Under the pieces are notes generated by a model that was not told where the DNA came from, made no database searches, and saw nothing but the letters and a program-made list of their open reading frames with translations. This document shows, piece after piece, positions 26,846 to 40,664 of a stretch of DNA of 64,000 nucleotides (positions are counted from its first letter, which is position 1; the number at the start of each line of letters is the position of its first letter). The position numbers and the translations under genes are program-made. Source of the DNA: Eledone cirrhosa (lineage: Eukaryota); assembly GCA_964016885.1 (NCBI GenBank), contig OZ024743.1:183706001-183770000 (forward strand), written 5' to 3'.

Positions 26846-29032
26846 AAATTTAGATATGAAAACAGGTTGTGTCTTCGTTGAAGGAGACATGTCTCAACAC
26901 TGTCATTTAGTGTCCAGTATCTGTGGATGCTGTTTGTCTGTCTGTCTGTACACCAAAGTGTGAAGAAAATGGTATTGTTTGTATGGAAGTGTGTAGTTAA
27001 AAGTAATATCAAGTATTTTATTAATATAGAGATGGAAGCATCTGGGAAACAACTGAACCTTCAGGTAGACCATAGATGATAAAATATGAACTGGAAAGTG
27101 TTACAGTGTAGTTTGTACAAACTGCACTGGAACACAGAGATATGCACACAGTTCTGATCTCAGCTTTTAGCAACGTTGATCAACAACATTGCTTTCATTA
27201 AGGTTATCAAGGGTGAAAGACATAGGGGTAGATAGCATATAAAGACACAGAGGTAGATAGTATATGAAAGACATAGGGGTAGATAAGAAGTGAAAGACAT
27301 AGGAGTAGATAAATGTGAGTAAAAGACAGGGGTAGATCTAGCTGTGTAGGAGAGAAACTGTGTAGGTAGATCTACTGAGAAAGGAGAGAAACAGAAAGGG
27401 AGAAAATGGTTGTCTGGAATTTTTTCCCATCACTTTTGAGTTATTGGAAGTGGGGATGATAGAACAGTATTTGGCATGGGGAAGGAGATTGCCTTTCTTG
27501 GAAGTATAATACACTTAGTGTCTCCATATATCAAGATTGATCTCTGTAGAGAGAGAAAAACTGGAAGAGATTGGTAAGGTTAGGCAATCTGACTTGAAGA
27601 AAAATATAAAACACACACATGCAGTCTACACAGGCATGCACACAGTAAACACAACACAATACATCTGCAATACACATACACAATACTCATGCACACATAC
27701 AGTATACACATGTATATAGTATAGGTTTATTTACTCTAACAGCAACCAAATGGATAAGTTGTTAATTAATTAAACTACTTAATTAATGGCTGTGAGTTAA
27801 TTAACAGCAGGTATTCAGGTATTTTGTTGTGACATTCCCTCAGTTTACCTGTTGTCAATAGTTGTCAAAACATTTTGGAATCCTTATCATTTAACATCCA
27901 TTTTCCCTGCTAACCATGATTGGACATGTCTTTACAGACCAAGTCTGTATTTAATTGTTGTCACTTATCTCTCAGATAAACCTGGACCTCATCTCGTTAA
28001 CATACGTCCCCAAACTCTACAGAGTGCACTATGTGTTTTATCATGGCTCCAGCACTAGAGAGGTTGTCATGACTTGACACACCTCAAGAATCCTCTCTAC
28101 CTCTTTATCTCACAAGCTTTCTACAGCTGGATGCCCTTCCTATCACCAACTACTGAAATAGATTAACATCCTAACCAGTGGAAATTTAATCTTTCCCATG
28201 CTTTTAATATCATAAAACTAAGCTCAACACTAGGGCTTTTATCTCACAGCAATGGAAACATTCGTCAATTCTGCAAATCAATTATATTTTCATTTTCTTA
28301 TCCTGATAAAAACTCAATCCTGCTGTTAAATTTAACTTGTATTAAATCTGTCCATTGTTAAATATATTTTTTGCAAAGAAGTAATAAAGAATTTCAATAT
28401 TTTAACTTGGTATTCATAACTTGGGCTCTACCATATTTCGTGGCTTATGTAACATTCCAATGTTTTAGATGTAAAAGGTAATAGTGAGAAAAACTTGATT
28501 TTGTTTCAGCTTGAAATCCTCACTAATCATGACAAATTCATCAGAAACTAAGCTGGAGCAATAGATTTAAATGAAATTTATATAATTTTGGATAAGAAAT
28601 AAGGTTACATTTGTTTTATGGGTGGGTAGGTTGGTTAAAACAAAACCTACAGTCGATCTAGTGCTCACCTGCTGAACACCTAAAATCTTGAAATCCTCAC
28701 TCCAAATCTATAATTATCATACTGACCTTCAAGTTATAGGACCGAAAGAGGTTTTTAGAGACATTTTATAAAAGAAAAAATGTGTTTAATAAGCTGCGAA
28801 ATATGGTATTGGGCAGTGACTACAGAGGACATGCATAGACTGGAGAGAAATGAAGAAACCATACTTCATTGGATGTGCAATGTAAATATGTTAAATAAGC
28901 TGTGAAATATGATGTCATATTTTTGTAACAAAGTGAAGCACTGACAAGCTGTCAATTTTTATATTCTTGGGGTATATTTCCTTTAAAATTCTATTCTACA
29001 ACAAACCCAACTTTTTTAAGTCAGTAATTTTA

Positions 29033-29238
29033 CCCTTTTAGCATTTAAACCGGCTGTATCCAGCCAAAATTCTCTCACCTCTTTCTATTCAAACCAGTTG
29101 TAACTGGCTGCTCATACTTATGTTAAGGTATTGTTCTCAAAATAAATATCAAAATCTTGTACGTTCAATATTATGTGAGATAAAGTGTTTACCATGAAAA
29201 TACAATAGTAAATATAGAGTAATGCAAATGCTAAAGGG
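29033..29238 (+). mobile_element. piggyBac-type MITE
   Basis: CCCTTTTAGCATTT ... AAATGCTAAAGGG followed by TTAA; a related copy in the opposite orientation is at 46287-46478. Confidence 0.8.
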
Positions 29239-29689
29239 TTAAAGAAATGAATTAAGTGATAAGATTTTCTACATCTTTTCTGTTCTAATTTAGTGCTTAA
29301 AATGTTTTGATATCATCTTAAGATGGTATTTTATAAATAACCATTTATCATATGATAAGGTATTATTATTCTACAATCACACTCTTTATCATATCTTGTC
29401 ATAAAAATTTCTGTTCTATTGCAAAATGTCATGTGAGTGAAATTTGGCAGTGATACTATGTAGAAGCCTGTCATTATATATGTGTGTGTGTGTGTGTGTG
29501 TATCACTGCTTTATGTTCTATAACTTCAGTGAAATAGAGATTGATGAAATTTAAAACTTAAGTACTGGGGCTGATATAATCAACTAAACTTTTGAAACCA
29601 ATGGAAATGGAAATATTTGTAGACAAAGAAAAACAGTGAATTGGATATGTTATTTTATATTTTAGCCATGAGACACTGGGACATGTTCT

Positions 29690-30215
29690 ATTTATCACTG
29701 TTGTCCGAGTTGCAATGAACAAAATGTAAAGGATATGGAAGTCAGATCTACTCAGAAAAATCAATATATGTTAAGTCAGTGTTGTATGGATCAGGTAATG
29801 GACTCTGACACAAGCACTTGAGTCAGTGTTGTTGTATGCATCAACTACATGGATCCTGACACAAGCACTTAAGAAGAAACTAGATGGTGTAGACACTAAA
29901 ATACTTAGGGTTGTACAAAACATAAACTGGTGTCAAGGTATTACAAATGAAAGTTTATATAGAAACTGTCCCAAGATAACAACTACAATCTGCAGGACAT
30001 TGTTGGAGAAGTAAGTAGGAAGTTTGACACAAGATAGTAATGTGGGAACCAACTCATGGGAGATGCAGTAGAAGACCTGCTTGAACCTTCATCAATCAAC
30101 TCTCAGATGATACAAACCTCAGTAGGGAGCAGTTGCCAGGAGCAATGGAAAATCAGGAATTATGGAGAGATTTTGTGAGGAATGTTTGACTTTGTTACAA
30201 TAATGATGATGATGA
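29690..30215 (+). mobile_element. Old RTE-like LINE 3' fragment
   Basis: ESVLLYASTTWILTQALKKKLDG...AGHCWRSK...FINQL; (TGA)n tail. Confidence 0.8.
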
Positions 30216-31204
30216 ACAACTATTGAGGAAGACAGCTGACTCTATTGGGAATGATGTATTAGTCTCCCACCTGAAGGATTGACAGTTCCTAATCCATCAT
30301 TAACATTGTTTATTCTGGCACAGACTGACCCATTCCATATTTTTGTAATGGAGAGGCATAGTTGTTTCACTACACTAAAATTGGGATACTAGTATTTTGT
30401 TAACTTGGAAAATTGGGCTCTAAATCTTCTGATAAGTAAAATCTACAATAGATTGGCAACCTATCCTGATTGGCAGATATCTCACAACTATTTTTATGCT
30501 TTAAAAAACAGTTTTCACCACGCTGAAATATCTTTCTGTATGAGTTTAAAGGAATTTCTTAGAGCAAGTTTTATTTTTAAATAACTGGGTGACATTCCTA
30601 CCTTTAATCCATCAACTATGAATTAGGAGTGGAATTTAAAGTCCTGTACCACATGAAACCACATTAGCAAAAATATTCTTGAAAAGTACCAAAACTTGTC
30701 TTTGACTGCATCACATTAAAAATTAAAGTCTCTATTTTACCTTACTGCAAATTTTCACAACGATCTGTCCACTATAAACATTCAAATTAACAAGCCTGTT
30801 TTTAGATATTTTCTACTAAATCATTACAGGAGTTTAAACAAAAAAGGATGAGCAGTTTTTTTATGCCAGAACATAATGTGAAAGCAGGGGTTGTATTAGC
30901 CAGTAGTTCAACACTAACCACACAGCTGGCAAGCCATAATTTTAAACCCAGAGATAGATCCTGAGCAAGATGGTTGGATAACATCCATGAGCTTGGCTGG
31001 TCTCGCTTGGAGATTCAGCCAGATCTAGTTGCTTCTGACAGGACCCACTGGAAGGAGTACTTGAGGATTCTGCCCTCACAACCCTCCCAGGAATAAGTTG
31101 AAGAAGAAGTTTGTCATAAAAGGAAGGGTAGTGTTAATGACCAGCCCAAGCTATTGCTGAGATTGATGCAGTAAAAACTACAGGTCAATATTAAAAATGT
31201 AGGC

Positions 31205-31322
31205 AGATGCTTACACTAGTGGACTATACTAAAGGACATACATTAGTGAACTATACTAAAGGGCAGATACACTAGTGGACTATACTAAAGGGCAGACACA
31301 CTAGTGAACTGTACTAAAGACA
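31205..31322. repeat. ~29-bp minisatellite x4 (cactagtggactatactaaagggcagata)
   Basis: Directly visible. Confidence 0.85.
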
Positions 31323-31819
31323 TCCCAAAATCATGCAATGGTGTATAAGACAAGATAGCAGATTAAGCACTGATGAAATATTATAATATAATGAATTATC
31401 ACTATCAGGTTTGATAGTGAAAATGAAGTCTCACCTTTGAGATATGCTTTCATGTTTGGAATGAAATGCTGTTGGTTTTGGCAATCAGTATTCCAATTGT
31501 CCAGTCAGTGGAACAGTCTGCTGTGAAATAACATGTAAATGGCCAAAGATTCCACTGACAAGTGTACCTTTAACATAATTCTCGGGGAGATTCAGTGCAA
31601 CACTGTGTAATAAAGCTGGTCCTTTGAACTACAGATACAGTCCATCTGACAGGCTTCCAAACAGTTTCTGTCTACCCAATTTCACTGACAAAGTATGGGT
31701 TGACTTGAGGCTATGGTAAATGACACTTACCCAAGATGTCACACAGTGGGATTGAACCCAAAATCTGATGATAGTGAAGTGAATTCTGTATCTATTCAGC
31801 CATGCTGCATCTGCTATTT

Positions 31820-31995
31820 ATAAAATAGTATTGTACTATAACCTAAAAATAGTATGGTACTACAGCCTAGAAATAGTATGGTAATACAGCCTAGAAATAG
31901 TATGGTACTACAGCCTAGAAATAGTATGGTACTATAGCCTAGAAATAGTATTGTACTACAACCTAGGAATAGTATGGTACTATAATCCTAGAAAT
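31820..31995. repeat. 24-bp minisatellite x7 (cctagaaatagtatggtactacag)
   Basis: cctag at 31866, 31890, 31914 and onward. Confidence 0.93.
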
Positions 31996-33555
31996 TGTCA
32001 GTACAAGTCTGAGCTCCTCTGTTATTGCTATTACCCACTTGTTAACAAAATCTGTTCTTTGCTAGATGTGTTTTGTTTGATAAGGAGCTAAATAATTTAT
32101 CTAGAGACAAATGACAATAATAATATAAGCAGCCATGACTAGAACACATGAATATTGTCGGCCACGGTTGACGTTGACACTTATACAATCTAACTATAGT
32201 TCATTGGTGAAACAATACATACATGCATGTGTATTTACACATATGCATATACATACACTTGCCCCCATCCTATTGAAAATGTTAGAGCATTAGTGCAATT
32301 TTAAATATATTTACATGGTCTGTGGTCACCCATCAACCCTTGCATGGAAAACAGATATTAAATGATGACTGATAAAATGTCATCACAGATATCATCAGTA
32401 AACAGTACAGACTCCAGTATAGTAAGATAGTATAAAGAGACCTGTCTTGTTACACTGAAACTGCTGTGTGTTGATGTTTTCATACTACATATTGTCTTTC
32501 ATCTTATCATACTGACCAGATATAGCCTTTAACTTAAATAACAGAATATCATCATCTTAATAACCAGCTCTATGACTGAATTTAATTATTTTCTAAATAT
32601 AAAAAATGAACATCTTGCTTTCATCTTTCTTTAAAACACAGGTTGATACTTTGTCTTAGTACTGACTCTACTGGGGTTTTTTTTGACAAAGACTAGATAA
32701 TGTCTTAATATAAAGTCTAAATGATGTATCTTAATACAAAGACTAAATGCTATGTCTTAATATAAAGACTTGTTGCTTTGTCATAATACAGGGATCACAA
32801 GCATTGTTTATGACAGAGACTGATAGCCACATTTCCCACTTTTTTTATATATAAATAGAATGGCTAAGTCTTAATTCAACAAACTGTAATTTACTTGATG
32901 TAAATGAAAACATCCCATTAAGGCCACACTAAATCATTAGGTCACCATCAAAGACTTAGTCTTCATGTAGTGTGTTGACTTATCCGTCAATTTAGAGAAG
33001 CCCAATTCCATTCCTTCTCTAACTTATTGTCTATAGCTATAGATTGTTATGTAGATGTGAGGAGTAAATGAAGGATTGGTACTGACTCCATTGTGATAAC
33101 TGTACATTTGTATAGCCAAGATATATGTGTAAGAAGCAGACTATTCTGTAACTGCCTTTTGTATCTCGGCTGTTGAGCTAGTGAGCTAATGGAGTCTCTA
33201 TAGGTGATAAAGCAACTGTTTTGGTACAAACTAAAGATTTGCACATTTTTATCTTTGTTTCCTAAGGCATAAGGCTCTAGTTAAAGCTGGTTTGGAAGCA
33301 AAGTACCTTCAATTGACTCAAACCATATATTACTACCACTTGAACCTCAAAGATATTTCTAGCAACTATTGAATTCAAAACTCAATTAAATATAGTACAG
33401 TATTTAGTCCAGTGTTTTTATGCCTGTATCATCTTTATATATCACCCTTGCATTGAAATATTAAGGTATTTTTATCTGTTGGCAGCTCTAGTTCATATAT
33501 ATATATATAATTGCGCACACACACGCGTGTGTGCGCGCAAAATTTCCCATTTTGT

Positions 33556-33660
33556 TATCAAAATGGTTTAAGCTTGACTATTAGGCATTCTATCCTGTAA
33601 TTATATATATATATAATTAGAGGATAAAATGCCCAACAGTCAAACTTAAAATGTTTCGAT
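33556..33660. repeat. Imperfect palindrome centred on a (TA)n tract
   Basis: tttaagcttgactattaggcattctatcctgtaatta pairs with taattagaggataaaatgcccaacagtcaaacttaaa. Confidence 0.8.
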
Positions 33661-33827
33661 GGCTAGTTGGCTGGAATGTTCTGAATTTGAATCCTGCTGT
33701 GGTTGGCATTGTATTTCATACTTCTTGCATTGTTAATATAAGTATCAGCCAAGTCATGGAGTCAATGTAACTGACTGTTTGCTTGCTCCCAAATCTGTGA
33801 TATTGTGCCTATATTAGAAATTATTAG

Positions 33828-33990
33828 AGAACATATGTGAAATGAAGGCCCTCTAGCCCAGTTGAACGGTCTGTAGGAACACATATGGGGTGCAGGTCTT
33901 TGAGAGGCCACTAGATATGTAGGAACACATGTGAGATGGAAGTCCTTGAGAGGTCACTAGATATGTGGAAACATTTGAGATGCAGACCCT
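33828..33990. repeat. Degenerate ~46-bp tandem repeat x3-4
   Basis: tagatatgtaggaacacatgtgagatg...tgagagg.cac. Confidence 0.7.
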
Positions 33991-34314
33991 AAATTAGAAA
34001 CCATTATTTAGTTGTTATATGATCAGATCCATTCCATCCATGACAATGCCAAGTGAAACACTAACTGTAAATAGTTGGATCATTGAACTGAGTTCAGTTC
34101 ACCCTGGAGTTAACTTAACTGTTTGGCTTTCAGAGATCAATAAAGTACCTGTAATGTATTTGGTTAGTTTGTCTATACATCTTGTATTGTGAATTAGTCT
34201 TGTATTTATTGAAAAGACATCTGTATTTATTTAGATATTGCACTATTGTAATATTAAAATATCCCGGTTATTAGAAAAGGTACCCAGTACCTCTTCATAT
34301 TGTGAGGGGTGACT

Positions 34315-34420
34315 AAAATGTCTGTATCAGGAAGGGCGTCTAGCTCTAAAATACTGCTGCAAAACCTTCCGTCCAACCCATGCTAGTATAAGAAAATTGA
34401 CATAAAAACAATGATGATGG
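34315..34420 (+). mobile_element. Short bipartite RTE-derived element (5'-UTR motif joined to the 3' tail)
   Basis: caggaagggcgtctagctctaaaa...ccgtccaacccatgctag...aatgatgatg; a similar piece is at ~14225-14310. Confidence 0.6.
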
Positions 34421-36289
34421 CTTGTTTGAAATATGAATAGCATCTTTAGCAAAATAAATCTCCCCACCATTGCTGTGAGTTTATTAAATTACAATGCTTC
34501 AGGCGACAAAAACATCTTCAAATAATAAAAGTAACAGACTATTTATATTTAGTATTCTTTCTCTTATTTGTACGTCCAAAGTTATGCACACACACACATA
34601 ATTTTCATTGAACTTTTATAGAACAACGAAATCGAGATGATTGACTTCAATATTTTTATACCTGTTATATATATATATAGTGGAAAAAAAGTAGCATTTT
34701 AGAGACAGGGGACCCTGGAGCTGTTAATGATGATTGGCACAAAAAGGGTTTAGTTGATCCTAACTGTGTTAAGTGTGACACTGCTAAGGTTTATGGCTGA
34801 AGTGGTAAGCACTAGAGTGTTGCACCATGTTGTATACCAGATGAGTGACTTACCTTCCCTCCTAAAGGAGAAAAGAATGACCCCATCAGAGTATTTATTA
34901 TCACCACAATCAAGGCTGATAAACTCCAGTTGTGCTGCGAAAGTAATAGCAAAGAAAACAACCCATATTAGGCTGACAACAATGACTGTAGCCCACATTT
35001 GTCAACAATGGCTTCTTAGTGATAATTGTATGGTTCTCACCTGCTAATATAAAATCATATTTGATATAGGGTCACTCATTATCAATAGGACATTTGAGGA
35101 GAGAATATTGAGGGCAGAATTGAGTGTTATTTGTGGTGTTATGTTCTCAGTTCAAATACTGCTGAGGTCAACTTTGTTTTTCATCATTCTGGGGTCAATA
35201 AAATAAGTACCAGTTAAGTACTGGAGTTGATATAATTGAATTTCATTCCTCCCTAAATGACTGGCCTTGACTTAGATTTATGTGGAGAAAGACCCTGTAT
35301 AGAAAATCAAAATCTTTCATCTCAGACAACAATTAACCCATGTGAAATATTTACTGATACAAAGCAAAATAATTGTTTATTCTACTTGTAAGGGCAGTAA
35401 AGTGTTGACAACATGCCTCGTGGCATAGAGTTACAGCCCTTTATGTTCTGAGTTCAAATTCCGCTGGAGTTAGCTTTACCTTTCATCCTTACAAGGTCTA
35501 TAAAATAAAATACCAGTTATGTATTGAGGGTCAATTTACTCGAAACCCCCCCCCCCCCCCCCAATTATTGGTCTTTTGCTTAAATCAGAAATCATTATAC
35601 TATACTTGTCATAAAATTTTGAGTATGATTTGTTGTTGTTAATGATGTTGGCATGTTGTAGTGAGGAGGAAGCTAAACATTTGACAACCCATCCATCCCC
35701 ACTGAATATATATTGACTTGTTTCCCAGCTTTATTTACAACTACTTTGCTAGATTTGTCAGTGTTTCAATGGTGTGACTCACGCAGTTTGCTGTGCAGTC
35801 ATAACTAACTTTGCACTCCTCAGTTAATAGTGTAAATTGTCTTTTTTAATTTTTACTGTTAAGTCAGGGAGGGAAGAGCAATGAGCATGACCCTTTTCAG
35901 GGCTTCTGAGACTAGTTGAATGGAGAGATTAATGTATTTTGTAACCATGGTCTTGTCCTGGATGCTTCCAATAGAGTTGACTCCACTACATGTACCAAAG
36001 GATCTGTGGGTGGTGACAGGTGACATCTACCATCCATGTAAGTCAAAGTGAGATATGGACTCAGAACTAATACCACAAGACATATCATCTAATGCTCTAC
36101 CAGTTCTGTCAATATTCCATCTCTTACTTTATTGACATAAAAGGGACAAAAGGCAAAGTTGATTTCAGTGGGATTTGAATGAAAAGTTTAGAAATTCCTC
36201 ACAAATACTGCAACTAATTTTTATCTCTTGTTTTAATGACTGCAAATGTGTTGCCAATTTGATATATTTGGCACTTTTTACTTTTTTTG

Positions 36290-36445
36290 CTGTGCACTAT
36301 AGTGTCTTTTGATGGGTACTAGTCTTGATGTGTGTACTATAGTGTCTTTTGCTGGGTACTGGTCTTGATGTGTGTACTATAGTGTCTTTTGCTGGGTACT
36401 GATCTTGATGTGTGTACTATAGTGTCTTTTGTTGGGTACTGATTA
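36290..36445. repeat. 40-bp minisatellite x~4
   Basis: agtgtctttt at 36301, 36341, 36381 and 36421. Confidence 0.93.
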
Positions 36446-36511
36446 TCTATATACTTTAGTGTCTTTGTTGTAATGTAGTAAGAAGTGGAGGAAGTGGGGT
36501 CTAGTTGATTG

Positions 36512-37101
36512 TCATCATCATCATTTCACATCTATGTTTCATGCTTACATGGGTTAGACAGGCTGCCATGTACTGAGGCCTGACTGGTCACATGACAATA
36601 TCTTGCTTGTATGCCCCAATTTTGGCTTGGTTTCTATGGATGCCTGTCCTAACACCAACGACTTTACAGGGTGGACAGGGAGCAATTTATTGTGACTCTG
36701 GCACTACCACTTTACAGGGTGGACTGGGAGCAATTTATTGTGACTCTGGCACTGTTACCTTACAGGGTGAACAGGGAGCAATTTATTGTGACTCTGGCAC
36801 TACCACTTTACAGGGTGGACTGGGAGCAATTTATTGTAACTCTGGCACTGTTACCTTACAGGGTGAACAGGGAGCAATTTATTGTGACTCTGGTACTACC
36901 ACTTTACATGGTGGACTGGGAGCAATTTATTGTGACTCTTGTTACCTTACAGGGTGAACAGGGAGCAATTTATTGTGACTCTAGTACTACCACTTTACAG
37001 GGTGGACTGGGAGCAATTTATTGTGACTCTGGCACTGCTACCTTACAGGGTGAACAGGGAGCAATTTATTGTGACTCTGGTACTACCACTTTACAGGGTG
37101 G
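36512..37101 (-). mobile_element. RTE-tail SINE/LINE 3' fragment containing a 48-bp tandem array (36661-37101, about 9 units, alternating A/B)
   Basis: (CAT)n tail and ggatgcctgtcctaacaccaac lead into repeats of actttacagggtggactgggagcaatttattgtgactctggcactacc. Confidence 0.9.
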
Positions 37102-37402
37102 AGTCATTGAGATGAAAGGCATGAATCAACTGTGGTAAATTTTAGAAGTAATATTTAATAATCTATTAAACATAATCTCTAAATACTAGATCTTTGGTTA
37201 AACAAAATGGAAGAGATATTTTGGTGGATACATGTTGCGATTTTAGGGTTCTTTAAAAAACATTTGTGAATGATTTGCCATAATTATTTGTTCACATTTT
37301 GTTTAGTTGATGTTTACACCTGTCCTGTCTCATGTGTGGAATTTCATTAAAATTATACATAGATAAGTTTAATTGACAAGATCCCAGATGTCATTTGCTT
37401 AC

Positions 37403-37492
37403 CGAGTGGGTGCAGAACTCATCAAATTGGACCAAGGAAACAATATTCCCATTGGTTTTTCCATTGCTGATACTATCTGCCAGTCATAAATC
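37403..37492 (-). CDS. Candidate internal exon of an unidentified host gene (90 nt, phase 2-2)
   Basis: ttctaccAG|GATTTATG...CCACTCG|GTAAGC; one open frame, IYDWQIVSAMEKPMGILFPWSNLMSSAPT; unique sequence richer in GC than its flanks. No homology recognised. Confidence 0.35.
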
Positions 37493-38236
37493 CTGGTAGA
37501 ATTATAACAATTCGTTAATAGTTGATTTCCTGTTGTGATAAACTAAATAACATTTTAATGGCTTATAAACCTGTTATTCTTTCTTTTTTACTTATTTTTT
37601 CCTTCTGTTTTCGCTTCTATTTTATGAATTCTTACACATTCCTTATTTTACTATTGTTTTAACATTTTAATATTTCTTCAGAACTTCATGTAAACTTTTC
37701 CATCCAGTCCTTTCTTTTTCGTTTCAATTATTTTGTCAATATCATATTTCATCCAGTTTTAAAATCTCCAGATTCAATAGAAGATATATAATACAAATAA
37801 AAAAACAACAAAAAAACATTTAAATGAAAAATAAACAAAATCCATATAAATTGAAATATTTCTATAAAATTATGCAATATGCCATACTTTCAATTAAAGA
37901 AGTAATATATTTTTATATATGAATAATATATATGGGGCAAAATGACTAATTCTTTTAAATATATATTAAAAGAATGAGGGGAACCTCCCCCCCAAAATCC
38001 CTGTTAAAGTATATTTTGATTTGGGTAAATGAGATTGTTGAAGATTAGGAATTGGTTTTGATTTCCCTGCCACCACCACCACCCCACCACCAGATTACAC
38101 CAAGATTAACGCATATCCAATATTTAAATTACTAATGTTTGAAAAAGATATCTGAGGAAACATTATGAACGAGAGAGAGAGAGTTGTTCATGTATATTAT
38201 TGGGGAAGTTACTCCTGATATGTGTGTATATACATT

Positions 38237-38274
<38 letters not shown>

Positions 38275-39365
38275 ATGTTAGCCAGAACAATAGGAAAGGT
38301 TTTCTGTAGTCTGGTTTCTCTCAATTACTTACTCAACAAAGGATGTTTAGATCAGACATGTGATCGAACTCGGAGTGCTAACAAAATGTGTATTTGTAAT
38401 GGAGCAAAGTTGCGCTAAAAATAAGTTCCAGACCCAAGTTGGAAGATTCAAATTGGGTTTCTGGCAAATGCACACTGCAGCAACGAGGTGCAGGGTGCAC
38501 TCCGTTGACTGCAGTGACAGGATAAGTGCAAATATGCCTGCCAAATAGTGCAAATGCTTCGTCAGTTTAGTATAGCTAACACATTATTGTGAGATATGTT
38601 ATAACTGACTGATAAGTTTCAAAAAGCCAGTACAATGCAGTAGAAACATATAAAGATCAAAGGATGACAAATAAAACAAAGTAATGTTTTACCCAGTATA
38701 TTTCAACATGATATTTCAGGGTTATAACCCTCTTGTAGCCTTAAAATATACTGTGGAAAACATTACTTTTTGTTTTATTTGTCATCCTTTGCTCTTTATA
38801 TATTTCTACCACATTGTACTGGATTTTTTAAACTTATCTGTCATTTATTATATGCATGTGTGTGTGTTTACATGTGTTATGTATGCGCACACACACTTAT
38901 ATACATATGTTTGTACCTAAAATAATTGTTGAACTTTTCTTGGTTCCAGTGATTAGTGTCCCAGTTGATTCAATCAACAGAACAGCTTGCTCATGAAATT
39001 AACATGCAAGTGGCTGAGTATTCCACAGATACTTGTACCCTTAACGTAGTCCTCAGGGAGATTCAGCATGATGCAGGGTGTGACAATGCTGCCTCTTTCA
39101 ATTACAAATACAACTCATATTTTGCCAGTTGGGTTGACTGGGATATTGTGAAATAAAGGGTCTTGCTCAAGGACACAATGAGCCACTGGGAATTGAAATC
39201 ACGACCTTGTGATTGAGAGCTGAACACTCTAATTACACACACACGTTTATGCATATATAATACACGTAAGTACACACACACACACACACACGTGTGCGCG
39301 AAAAAAAATATAGTTGATATTTTCTGTTCTGTACTTTATCCCCTACCAAATTCTTCTGAGCAACT

Positions 39366-39583
39366 AAATATACACAGCCACATAAATACACAGCCATATA
39401 TATATACAGCCACATATATACACAGCCTCATATATACACAGCCACATATATACACAGCCACATATATATACAGCCACATATATATACAGCCACATATATA
39501 CACAGCCACATATATACACAGCCACATATATACACAGCCACATATATATACAGCCACATATATATACAGCCACATATATACAC
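39366..39583. repeat. 16-bp minisatellite (tatatacacagccaca), about 13 copies
   Basis: Directly visible. Confidence 0.95.
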
Positions 39584-40664
39584 AAAGAATTAATGGAAAA
39601 AGGTATTATTGAGGTAGTTTTTTAAAGTTGTAAATTGTAAAAGCCAGGTGAAATAAGCTGTAATTAAAACTAAAATTATTGTTTAAATGAAGGGGACAAG
39701 GGTTAGGATCCCTCTTACCCACTAAATTGTTTCAAAGTTGATAGATTTGGTTGCACTAACTCCTGATTTTTAAAAGGTGTTTTAATAACTAAATACCCCC
39801 ACCCACACACTGACCTTATATTTTCTTTATATAATAAAAAAAAAACAACAAAAATAAACAAAAACAATGCAAAAATGTCAGAATAAAAAAAAACTGTACT
39901 AAAAAATGATACAAATCTCTAAATATCACTATGTGATGTTGGGTTTTGGCATTTATTGAGGCCCAAATTTGGGTCAACTTTCTTTTAATTTTCCTCTTTT
40001 TTTTTTCTTTCTTTAAACTTTTTTCTTTACCTTTTTTTTCTTTAATCAAAGAGCTTATTTTCTCTGCTACCAAGGAGCAAAATAAGCTGAGAAGTAAAAT
40101 ATAAATGTTATACTGTTGATTAAAACACTCAATGTTAAAAATGCTGTTTATATATATTTTTTTCAACCATTTCTTGCAAAACATTCACTGAATTCTTTTT
40201 GTTTGTAGTTTTTGTTTGTATTTAGTTTTTCGAAGTGGAAATAAATTGTTTTTCAAACACACTTAATACACTTTGTTCTTTACTTTCTTCTTTAATTCTT
40301 TAGTTTTATTTCATTTTTTTTCAACTTCTTTTCTATTTTGAATTATTTAATTTACTTTATTTTCAGTTTCTATTTGAGTTACTTCCCCTTTTTACTGACT
40401 TGTTAACGCTGGATTGGCAGTAATCAGTAGAGCGTCGGACAACATGCTTTGTAACATAGTCCTTTACGTTCTGATTTCAGATCCTGCCAAGGTTAGCTGT
40501 GCCTTTCATCTCTGTGGGGTCGATAAAATAAGGTACCAGTAATGCACTGGGTCAATATAATCACCATTCTCCTCCCCCCAAAATCTGCTGGCCTTATGCC
40601 TAAATCAGAAACCTTTATAAAACTGATGTTTCAAGCTTAACTTAACTTTTCTTATATAAAATTA

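Noticed and set aside
34750-35047. 82-aa hydrophobic and 97-aa ORFs
   Set aside because: No recognisable domain; only the internal 8-nt splice-bounded segment was kept as a weak candidate.
36592-37138. Repetitive proteins (TTLQGGLGAIYCDSG)n
   Set aside because: A 48-bp tandem repeat derived from a retroelement UTR, open simply because the unit is a multiple of three.
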